This document shows positions 1-10,561 of a stretch of 64,000 nucleotides of DNA, piece after piece. The notes under the pieces are model-generated. The model searched no databases, was not told where the DNA came from, and saw only the letters and a program-made list of their open reading frames with translations. The translations under genes were made by a program, and so were the position numbers. The stretch's first letter is position 1; each line of letters starts with the position of its first letter. Source of the stretch: Strigamia acuminata (lineage: Eukaryota); contig OX442314.1 in the NCBI GenBank assembly GCA_949358305.1, positions 31,434,001 to 31,498,000 on the forward strand, written 5' to 3'.

Positions 1-2517
1 TCCGTATAAATATAAATAGAAATGTTCGATGGCCCACACGGCCGCTAAAGTCTCTCGTTCGATTTGAGAATATCTTTTCTCCACTTCTGTTAATGTGCGA
101 CTTGCGTAGGCCACGACCCGCGGTTCCATATCTGCCCCCTTAATCTGGGCTAAAATCGCTCCCAGCCCGTTCGGGCCCGCATCGACCGTCAGATGGATCC
201 TGGCCGTTGGGTCGTAGTATGCCAATACACTCTTATTTCCTAATTGTCCTTTAATTGCCGCCCACGCCGTCTGTTGATCTTTTCCCCAAACAAACGCTGC
301 GTTGGCCTTCTTTGCCAAGTCTCGCAATGGCTTCAACATATCAGCCATGTTTCTGACAAATCGCGCACAGTAGATGACCATTCCTAACAGGCTTTTCACC
401 TCAGCAACTGACTTCGGGGGTTCCATTCTCTCTACCGCCTCCACCTTACGCGGGTCTATAGAGATACCCCTCGCTGAAAATACGTGGCCGAAGAAAACAA
501 TTCTATCGCGGCGCAGTTCACACTTTTCTTCGTTTAGCGTTAAGCCCTTCTCCTCCAATCGTCTCAACACTGCGTGCATCGCTGCGTCATGTGCCTCCCC
601 TGTCTTTCCTACAACGAAAATGTCATCTACAATATTTATGCAATTAGGCAAACCTTCGATCACTTGTCGAATCGTGTCCTGGAACAGTTCTGACGCTGAA
701 TTGATGCCAAACAGCAGCCGTTTGAACCGAAATAGTCCTACATGAGTTGCAAACACTGTGTATTTGCGCGACTCCCCGTCAAGTTCCACTTGGTTAAAAC
801 CGTGGTTCAAGTCCAATTTTGAAAATAGCACTGCTCCTTCCGCTACTGCAATCACATCCTCCAGTCTTGGTGACGTATGTCTCACCTGTTTGATGGCTCT
901 AATAACCTCCCGCGCATCCACACACAGGCGAATGGCGTCGGGGTCGGGGTCCCTTGGCTTATCCACACAATGGATCGGCGACACCCATGGCGTCGGGCCC
1001 ATCCCCTCATCAATTCGCTCAATCACGTCCATTTGTAACAATCTTTCCAACTCCTTCTCCACCTTTTTCCTTAAATGGAACGGAATAGGGGGATATCTCT
1101 GCGCCACCGGCGCCACGCTCTCATCCACGTGCAGATGTATCTGATAGTCCTTCAGCTTACCTACGCCCCGAAAGAGCTTCGGATATTGCTTCTTAATCTC
1201 CTCTTCTAGCGTCGTTTGTTGGACACTATTCACTACTTTCACTATCTCTAATCTCTTAGCTGTTTCATAATTTAATAACGAGTCCCCCGGGCGGTCAACA
1301 ACATAAGCCGTCGTCGTAACACTTTTCCCTTCCCATCGTAATACCAACTCCACTCGCCCCAACAACGGCAGGGGCTCCGACGACCCATATGTGAACAATT
1401 TGGCCCGACTCACTTGTAATGTCGGTTTAAATGTCATATTCGTGAAAATCTCTCTCCCCAAAATGTTTACCGACGTCCCCGAATCGACGATAAACTTCAC
1501 CTTGTTACTTTCCTTTCCCACCGTCAACCGCACTTCGGGCATGTTATTCTTCCTCGTGTTTCCATCCATACATAGTCCAATCGTGAATAAATCCCCTTCA
1601 TCATCATCCCATTCTCTCTCTCGTTCATAATTCACCATATTCACCTTCTGCTTGCCCTCCGCCGACTCCGTTCGTTTCGCACGACAAAACCGCACGAAAT
1701 GCCCAGTTTTCCCGCATCCTCTACACGCGACGCCCCTCGCCGGGCAGTCCTGTGTGCTCGGGTGTGGCCAACTTCTTCCGCAATTAAAGCAACGTCTTCC
1801 TGCCGTTCCCACCGATCCACTTCGAGACCCGCCCGTCGTAAATTCGCTCCGCCGATTCTCCATACCACTATTTGTCCTTTTGCGGGTATCTTCCATTTTA
1901 CGCACTAAATTTACCTCGACTGGTGTCTCTTTATCACCTCCCTCCATTTGCCTTGCTTGCCATTCCGAGGCTTCGTAGCCACGGCCCAAATCCAAAAGCT
2001 GCTTTAGCGTCAAAGTATCGTCGCGTAATCCTTGTCGACGTAGGCGATTCATACTTGTGCCCAAAATAAGCTGCGATTTGATCTCTCTGTCATCGTTGTG
2101 GAACTCGCATCCCACCGCCAGGTGTCGTAGGCGCATCTGATATTTATCTAAAGTCTCATTCGTCTCTTGCCGAGACACACGGAAAGTATACACACAAAAT
2201 TCCATATTTTTAGTTGGAATAAAATAGGTTGTTAAAGCATCTTTTACCGACTTATAATCCTTTACCGCAATTGTCAAGGTCTCGTACACTGTGAACACTT
2301 CCTCCCCTGCTTGGTGTAATAAAGTCGCCATTTTTCTGTTATTGTCCGTAATTCCCGCCGCTATTAAATACATCTCCAACCTGCTCACCCATCTTTTCCA
2401 CCGTTGTGACTGCGTCGTCGTCTCACCGTGCACGTCAAACGGAGGAATACCGGTTGTTTGCACGAAACTTGCCACGCCCACTGTCGCCGCAGCTGCGGGC
2501 TTCGTCTCGTCCGCCAT
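1..2517 (-). CDS. gag-pol: Gag-Pol polyprotein of element A (partial, runs off the window; not in the ORF track)
   Basis: Manual translation starts MADETKPAAAATVGVASFVQTTGIPPFDVHGETTTQSQRWKRWVSRLEMYL. RT core reads INIVDDIFVVG. The RNase H segment ERETLAAVWAIEHFYLYLYG at the window edge is in the same frame as the ATG at 2517. Intervening codons were not all checked. Confidence 0.85.
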   Translation of the reverse strand, partial: MADETKPAAAATVGVASFVQTTGIPPFDVHGETTTQSQRWKRWVSRLEMYLIAAGITDNNRKMATLLHQAGEEVFTVYETLTIAVKDYKSVKDALTTYFIPTKNMEFCVYTFRVSRQETNETLDKYQMRLRHLAVGCEFHNDDREIKSQLILGTSMNRLRRQGLRDDTLTLKQLLDLGRGYEASEWQARQMEGGDKETPVEVNLVRKMEDTRKRTNSGMENRRSEFTTGGSRSGSVGTAGRRCFNCGRSWPHPSTQDCPARGVACRGCGKTGHFVRFCRAKRTESAEGKQKVNMVNYEREREWDDDEGDLFTIGLCMDGNTRKNNMPEVRLTVGKESNKVKFIVDSGTSVNILGREIFTNMTFKPTLQVSRAKLFTYGSSEPLPLLGRVELVLRWEGKSVTTTAYVVDRPGDSLLNYETAKRLEIVKVVNSVQQTTLEEEIKKQYPKLFRGVGKLKDYQIHLHVDESVAPVAQRYPPIPFHLRKKVEKELERLLQMDVIERIDEGMGPTPWVSPIHCVDKPRDPDPDAIRLCVDAREVIRAIKQVRHTSPRLEDVIAVAEGAVLFSKLDLNHGFNQVELDGESRKYTVFATHVGLFRFKRLLFGINSASELFQDTIRQVIEGLPNCINIVDDIFVVGKTGEAHDAAMHAVLRRLEEKGLTLNEEKCELRRDRIVFFGHVFSARGISIDPRKVEAVERMEPPKSVAEVKSLLGMVIYCARFVRNMADMLKPLRDLAKKANAAFVWGKDQQTAWAAIKGQLGNKSVLAYYDPTARIHLTVDAGPNGLGAILAQIKGADMEPRVVAYASRTLTEVEKRYSQIERETLAAVWAIEHFYLYLYG

Positions 2518-2529
2518 GACAGTAACCTG

Positions 2530-4034
2530 AGTAGTGGGTTGTTGGGCGGTCTGGCCCAGTGGTAGTGGTTTTGGGGAGGGGGAGGGTGGTGAGGTGGAAG
2601 TGGGTGGGGGAGGTGTAATTTTTTTTTAATTTTAATTAATTTTTTTAATTTTTTTTTTTATAATTTTTTTTTATTTATTGATTTTTAATTTGATTATATG
2701 CATATATGTATGTGGAAAAATGAAATAATTAGTTCCAATCTATACCACCAGGTTACATCATCATGTGATTAAGAAAAAGTTGATATTTTTGATGAAATGT
2801 GCATGCAATAAGTCAGTTTCTCAGAGTCTACTTTTATCCCTTATCCTCAAGGAATGTCACTGCTACTGAAATAGTTCCCACGGCCGGAGCAGCTAGGGGG
2901 AGGGTGCAGTGGAGGGGGAGTGTGAAGTGGACATTGGGGTGAAGCTATTTTCATAACATTCCTGCAACATCAGTGATTGAAAGAGAAATTAAAACCCATT
3001 TTGTGCATTAAAATATGTTTCTGATGTAGAATTTAATGCTGATTTCAGAAATGTAAACAACTTTTAGATCAAAAATTATTTTTTTAAAACTTTTTTAAAA
3101 GTTTTTTTGATTTGGTGAAGAAAGAGTTGGTATTTTTGATCAAATGTGCATGCAATCAGTGAGTTACAGTTCTTTCTGATCTTATATCTATCTTCAATGA
3201 ATGTATACTCTATCAAAAGAGTTCTCACAGTGGTATAGCAAAGGGGAGGGTGAAGTGCAGGGGGAAGATGAAGTGCAGGGGAGGGTGAAGTGGACATGTG
3301 TTGTGTCTATTGCCATATATCAACACCAGTGATGGAAAGTGAGTTTAAAACATTTTTATCTGCTTTTCCCTGGTATTTGTACAAATTATATCACATTTTG
3401 GATGAAATTAGTTGAAATATTATGATTTTTATCAAACTTTGATTGAAATGAGTTGAAATATTATGATTTTTATCACTTTTTGGTTGATTTTAGTTAAAAT
3501 ATCACAATTTTTATCACTTTTTGGATGAAATTAGTTAAAATATCACGATTTTTATCATATATTGGTTAAAATTAGTGAACATATTATGGTTTATATCATT
3601 TTTTTGGTTGAAATTTATCATATTTAGGTTTAAATTCTAAGAAGTTTACTGAATTTTATCACATTTGATTAACTGAGAACATTTTCTAACTTATATCTTT
3701 TTAATATTGGTTATAAGTAATAAGCTTTTTACTTTTCTTCATTTCTAACCTGTTTGGACAAGTTCTGACAAGTTCAAACCTGTTTGGACAAGTTTGGACA
3801 AGTTCTCACAGCATGGGGAGGGGAGAATTGGGGAGGGGAAACAGTTCTCACGGTGGTACAGCAAGGGGCAGGGGGGTGTGGGGGAGGGGAAACAGTTCCC
3901 ACAGCAGCAGTACAGCAAGGGGAGAGGGGAATTGAGGAGGGGAACCAGTTCCCACGGTAGTGCAGCACAAGGAGGGTGAATTGGAGAGGGAGTGTGGTTA
4001 AAACAGGAATGTGAGTGGAGCAAAGGGGAGGAGT
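2530..4034 (+). repeat. Polinton left terminal inverted repeat (~1505 bp)
   Basis: Reverse complement of 39180-40683 with only a few visible mismatches. The ORF track also shows mirrored spurious ORFs in both copies. Confidence 0.96.
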
Positions 4035-4111
4035 TATAGCTGTGTATAAATACTTGCCGTTTCCTACCATTTTCACTTCACTTCTTGCAAGCACAAGGTA
4101 AAGACTGCATT

Positions 4112-7100
4112 ATGGAATGGAACCATAGTAATTCACAGATGGAAGATCTGTTTATGGAAATTGAAGATGCGCTGTATCCACAACTGAATACCCCCGAACC
4201 ACTGCTGATTGATGAAGAAAACATTCTTTATAATGACCCATGGGTTTATGAACATTCTTCCATTAACACTCAACTGGTATCTTGCAACAATGCGCCACTA
4301 CCACTTCCTGCAGAATCATCCAATGAAAACAGTTTTTCATCATCACCATGTGAGTTTTCTACACATCATTATGATTATTTGTGTTCAAATTTAATCCAAC
4401 CACAACAATGTCAAATGCTCAATCAATCAGCAACTCCGATCATTGATGCACTTGCTCCTGTATTCATTCACCAGCCAAATCAAATGAACATTCAATCACC
4501 AAACATGACAAGTAAAATTCCACCTCCTGATCTTATGATTAATTACCAACCAAACTTTAATCAGGCAGGATCAAGCAGAATTAACATTCCTCCATCATCA
4601 AGTCAGTTACCAGTGCTGCAAATTGGACATGGACGGCAAGTACTTAGATGTGAAAGTTGTGGCAAAATATATACATGTAAATCAACATTGAATAGACATA
4701 TCAAACATTCTCATAGCATTGAAAAAGGCGGTTTCTCTTGTCCCATCTGCTCAAAGGTTTTTCAGCGGAATGATACCATGTTACGTCATTTAAAAAACTC
4801 TCACAATCAAAACAATGAAACATTCCCATGCAATGTTTGCAAGAAGAATTTTTCAAACAAGAAATATTTAGTTATGCACTTGCGTACGCACAATGAACCT
4901 TCACCTCCTGCTGTTCCTCTTCCTCGTGCACTTTCCTGTGATGATCCTTGTGTCGAAGCTTTAAGTGGAAATGTAAACAGATACAAAATTTCGGGAAGAA
5001 ATTCAGGAGATCTGAATCATTTTTTTCTTCAACACCATGATCGAGTGAAACGGATCTTGAACTTCCAACTTATAAAAAAGAATGCGATAAAGTACTACAT
5101 TGCAGTCAAGATTCATTTTACTCGGACAGCGCAGAGTGGAGATTCGGAAACTGTGGCGTGTTTTCGGAGTGTATGCAACACTGCACTCGTGGAAACAGAT
5201 CTGGAAACACAACTCATGGAAGCATATGAAAAAATAAAAAGGTCCTGCGCTGAGTTCCAAAGAGAAGGTAGCGGTTGGAATTTCGAAGCAGTGATTCAAC
5301 TTGACGTCAATATTGGTAAATATCGACCACTGGCCGGCAGAAGTTATATCCCGCTACCTAAATTTTTAGCTGATAAAAAGGCTATAATTAATGTGCAAAA
5401 TGATGATTCTTTGTGCTTTATCTGGAGTGTGTTGGCTGCGCTGCATCCATCACCCACTAATCCACAACGAATTTCAAACTATTGTAAGTATAAAAATTCC
5501 TTAAAATTAACCGGGCTTTCATTTCCAATGACAATTCAACAAATCCCAAAGTTTGAAAGTATGAATTCTATTAGTGTGCATGTCTTTGGATATGAAAAAG
5601 AGATCTTTCCACTTTATATTAGCAAATTGCAACATGAAACTCATATTAATTTGTTGCTTTTTGCTAATGATGAAACCCAACATTATTGCTGGATTAAAAA
5701 TTTAAATAGATTATTATCTTCATTAACTAAACACAATCCCCAAGCCCACTATTGTAAATATTGTTTACATAGATGTTCTTCAGAACGGATATTACAAGAT
5801 CACTTAGAGTACTGTTCGACTTATGGATTACAAAAAGTTACATACCCCACTGAAAAAACAAAATGGATGCAGTTTAATGATTTCCATAAACAATTCAAAG
5901 TACCTTTTGTTATTTATGCAGATTTTGAATCGCTGCTTGTAAAAAATTCGGAAATTAATGACACAAGCAAAGTCCAAAAGCTAAATAAGCATGTTCCATC
6001 TGGGTATGCTTTTGCTGTGATTAATGTGGAAGGCAAATTGCACCAATCACCCTCTATTTATCGGGGTGAAAATGCAGTTGATCACTTTCTGGACTCTATC
6101 ACTAAATTGGAAGAAGAATTGCAAAAGCTTACAGCTATTAACGTTCCAATGAATTTAACAGACAGTGATAAATTAATTATGAAAAATGCAACAAAGTGTC
6201 ATATTTGTAAGAAATCATTTTCACATAATGAAAAGAAAATTAGAGATCACGACCATGCGACCGGCAAGTTCCGAGGTCCTGCACATAACTTTTGTAATTT
6301 AATGTATTGCAAAACATCAAATCAAATTCCCGTCGTATTTCATAATCTGAAAAATTATGACTCGCATTTATTAATGCAGGGAATTGGAAAGTTTAAGGAT
6401 CGTGAAATAAGTTGTATTCCTACCAACATGCAACGATATATAACATTTTCACTCGGAAATCTTCGATTTCTTGATAGTCTGCAATTTATGAATGCATCTT
6501 TGGAATCATTGGTTGCTAATTTATTCAAAAGTGATCCAAACCAATTCCAAATAATGAAACAACATTTCAATCCTGATCAAATTGGATTGTTATTACGGAA
6601 AGGTATTTTTCCTCTTGGGAAAAATTTAATGAATCCAAGCTCCCTCCAATGGCCGCATTTTACAGTACTTTAAGTGAACAATGTATATCTACAGCTGACT
6701 ATGTGCATGCAAATAATGTTTGGGAAAAATTCAATATTCAAAATCTCGGTCAATACCAGGACCTGTACGTATTGTGTGACGTTTTGCTACTTGCTGACGT
6801 ATTTGAAAATTTTCGCTCAATTTGTCTAGAGACATATAAATTGGACTGTTGTAATTATTTTACAACACCCGGTCTCTCGTGGGGAGCATGTCTGAAACTA
6901 ACAGATGTAAAATTAGAACTTTTAACAGATCCGCTAATGCATGTCTTTATTGAATCTGGTATTCGCGGCGGTATCAGCATGATTAGTCACAGATTTGCTA
7001 AAGCCAATCATAAAGATATAGATGATTATAATAAGAACCTTCCATCCAATCACATCATCTATCTCGATGCGATTAACTTATATGGCTGGGCGATGAATAA

Positions 7101-8298
7101 ATATTTACCAACTCATAATTTCAAATGGATACCGCCCACCGATGATTTTGATGTGTTCAGCATTAGTGATACCAGCACAAAGGGATATATTTTAGAGATA
7201 GATTTAGAATATCCGAAAGAACTGCATGATTCCCATAATGATTATCCTCTTGCTCCTGAACGGCTGACGGTAACAGAAGAAATGTTATCACCTTACAGCC
7301 TAGATCACCTTAACCAACTTGGACAAAAACATCATCCATCCCCCAAATTAGTCCCTAACCTTACTAACAAATCAAAATATATAATCCACTATCAAAACCT
7401 CAAATTGTATTTGTCATTGGGAATGAAAGCGACTAAAATTCATAAAATTCTCGAATTTGAACAATCCGATTGGCTTTCAAAATATATTGGTTTAAACACA
7501 GAATTACGAAAAAATGCAACTAACAATTTTCAAAAGGATTTCTTTAAACTTATGAATAATTCTGTTTTTGGGAAGTCTCTTGAATCTGTCAGGAAACGTG
7601 TTGATGTGAGGTTGGTGCAAAATCCCGAGCGTGTCACGAAATTATTAAAATCGCCCACTTTTCACGAATTCAAAATTTTCAATGAAGATCTCGTCGGTGT
7701 AAATTTAAAGAAAAAGAACATATTATTAAATAGACCCATTTATATTGGCTTTTGCATTCTAGAATTAAGCAAAGTTCTCATGTATGATTTTCATTATAAA
7801 TATATTAAAGAATTATATGGCAACAAAGCTAAATTACTTTTTACTGATACGGATAGTTTAGCTTACAGTATAGAAACCGATGATATTTATAAAGATATGA
7901 AAAGAGATTTGGATTTATTTGACACCTCGGATTATCCATCTACCCACTCCTTATATTGCACAAAGAATAAAAAAGTGATTGGTAAATTTAAAGACGAAAT
8001 GTCCGGGAAATGTATACAAGAATTTCTTGGACTTCGTTGCAAAATGTATTCAATAAAAACGAATGATCAAGAGAAAAAAACGGCAAAAGGTGTACCTCGC
8101 AGTGTGCGGAACAAATTACGCCACCGTGACTATAAAAAATGCCTATTTGACAAAGTTGAAAATGCATGTTTATCAAATCAAATTCGTTCTTTTGATCATG
8201 AGTTATACACAATAACACAGAAGAAAATTGCATTGTCTGCTGGTGATGACAAGAGATATATATTAAGTGATGGAATAAGTACTTTAGCGCATGGTCAT
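4112..8298 (+). pseudogene. polB: Protein-primed family B DNA polymerase (pPolB) with three N-terminal C2H2 fingers and an endonuclease VII-like insert; frameshifted at ~6614; last codons displaced to 32067-32084
   Basis: Motifs FQREGSGW, KAIINVQNDD..CF, YADFE (Exo I), RDHDHATGKFRGPAHNFCN, FHNLKNYDSH (Exo II), YLDAINLYG, KLMNNSVFGK, FTDTDS and DDKR. The first ATG is at 4112 (the track ORF starts at TTG 4085). Confidence 0.95.
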
Positions 8299-10054
8299 TG
8301 TGACGGTGACGACCACAACTCCCATTTAACAATGGTACCGGGAAGAGATCGCGATAAATAACAGTGAATACAATACGAGATAAATACAAGACAATTTATT
8401 GTTGGCAAACAATATGCAGTGAGCTAAATTATACATAAGACTAATGCCAACATTTGGCAAGTTAACTGACTATTAAACTATACAAAGCATAGGCCAATTG
8501 GTCCTAAAATAATATCATTACGTGTCTGGGATAAGGGAGCAGTTTCCCCATCGCTCGACCTGGTTTACAGATGTCATCTAAGCCGGATGGCTGTGTCCTG
8601 GAGTCCGATATGGCTTCGCTGGTTTCCTTGGTTCGCTGTGTAAATTATCGCACGTCGATAAATCGAATGATCTGAGCATTGCGGTTGACTTTGTCTGCAC
8701 CGCCACAACTTTGGGAGGATATTGGTGTAAGTAAATGTATTCATTTTACTTATCAATATTCCGCTTATGAATTATATTTAATTCATATCGTTGTGAATTC
8801 TTATTTAGATATTTTTGTGGATAAGTTGTCATCAACTTATCAGTTACATTTGCGTCTTTGATGTAATCGTGATCGTAATTAAGTCTTCTGACTTGGTTAA
8901 TCAACTTGTCGCCAAGTTAATATTTAGCTGTTATAAATAAAATGAAGATTAGGCTTCCCGTCGCAACACACAATTGCCGTCGAAAGAAAATATACGCCTT
9001 GCAATGCAGAACGGTATCAAGCGTCCCCTGCGTCGCGACACGGTCGTTCGTCTGGCGATTGACGGTATCACGTACACAGGAGTCGATAGCTCGCGGCTCC
9101 GCACAGCAGTATAATCTCTCGCGGTACTAATAATAGACCGACTACTTTGGCATCGAATACCATGAGAATCAGCTTGCCAAACACTTGGTGCTACTCGTGG
9201 TTACTGTAAAACAGACTGCTTTGGCACCATCCGGTGAAGGAACTAATTCTCAACAGCAACGATGCTACTTGCGGTAACGGAATACGTTCATACCGAGAAA
9301 GACCACATGGTCCTGTCCGGAGGATACTGAATTGCACAACGGCGGGTTCTCCTTCGGCGTCGCAACCGTAAACTGTAACATTTATGCAACATAATGATCC
9401 CAGCACTTCGACTTCAATTGCCGGCGGTGGCATGATTCTGTAGAATCATGCAACGGTTCTTTGTGAATAAATCAACAAAGAACCAAAAGGTTTTTTTACG
9501 TGAACAACGAATCATATTTCTTAAGTAACAATACCAAACAGAAAATAATCAAACAGAGCTGCCGGATGGCCGGTTGTTTGGGTTTATATAACCTGACTGG
9601 ATTAGAGATTAATCCAATCAACCAATTGGAACATGGGTTCCACGAATCCCTCCAATCCCGTATCGCCGGAAGTGGATACGGAGGAGCAATATGCTAATTC
9701 ACACCACAACCGGAACTGGATACCCAGGACCGGAAATGGATCCACCAATCACATCGATCGGTTGATCGATGGATTATCAAATCTCCATTTCTGCTGAACT
9801 AGAGATTCCCATCACTTAGTGTGAACAATAATTATTAATATATATTTATATTAATCCTAATAAAGTGTCGTTTCATACAAATAAATATATTCTTATATTT
9901 ATTTACCAGTTTTCTTAACTCGCAATTCGAATTTACCGCTGAATTATAATCGCGCCATCTAGTGGCGACTCGGAGCATTGACAAATGCGGGTTTCGCAAA
10001 AAACACTTAAAATTCGGCCGTGTTATTAATAAATAGCACTTATAAACCGTCATA
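8299..10054 (-). repeat. Element B 3' LTR (1756 bp)
   Basis: Direct repeat of 19621-20387 plus 31074-32062. Ends on the plus strand are TGTGACGG...CCGTCATA. Confidence 0.95.
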
Positions 10055-10561
10055 CATCCCCCTTAATTACTCAACTTATAAATTTTATTCATAAGTTTAT
10101 GTTATTCTTGCGAAATGATTTTATTAATATCTCAAAACAGGACTTTTTTCATCCCGAACAGCTGAGTGCGTATGCGGGTGACTCAAAATAAATTTCATAT
10201 TTCTGATGTGCGCAACAATTCTTTTTTAATGAATTATCAAGAATAAAATATTATTTGGTTACAATAAAACAAACTTGGAACTTTACAACACTTAGCCTCA
10301 TTTCTTCACACAATTATTATTTCAAATAACGGGAATCTTAACATAATTTTTTGGTAAATTATTTCTTTTTAGCTTAACAATTATTAAAAGATTTCTTTTG
10401 ATTTATAGGATTATCTCTCGATTTTCCTTTTTTTTAAAAATAACATGACTTTTGCATTTCACAACCGCTTATTAAATACTAAACAGAATACTTTTGAGTT
10501 TTTCGTTAATTCTAACATTTTTTCCTTAAATTCTATTAAATTCGAAAATTAACTCCGCGAG

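Noticed and set aside
374..2530. Plus-strand ORFs of 65-128 aa
   Set aside because: Antisense shadows of element A gag-pol; the same applies to plus-strand ORFs over B, C and D.
3400..3660. Spaced AT-rich repeats superficially like a CRISPR array
   Set aside because: Degenerate tandem units without unique spacers, inside a eukaryotic TIR; no cas genes.
3076..4094. Pro/Cys-rich ORFs in the TIR, mirrored at 39114-40150
   Set aside because: Arise from G/C-skewed repeats; duplicated only because the TIR is duplicated; no domain features.
8299..8361. pPolB C-terminus CDGDDHNSHLTMVPGRDRDK in the ORF track
   Set aside because: Read-through into the B LTR; the native end is YSIIL* at 32067-32084.
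8574..10053. Short ORFs inside the long B LTR (e.g. 9191-9433)
   Set aside because: All 80 aa or less with no recognisable motif; repeated only as part of the LTR. A captured gene could not be supported.
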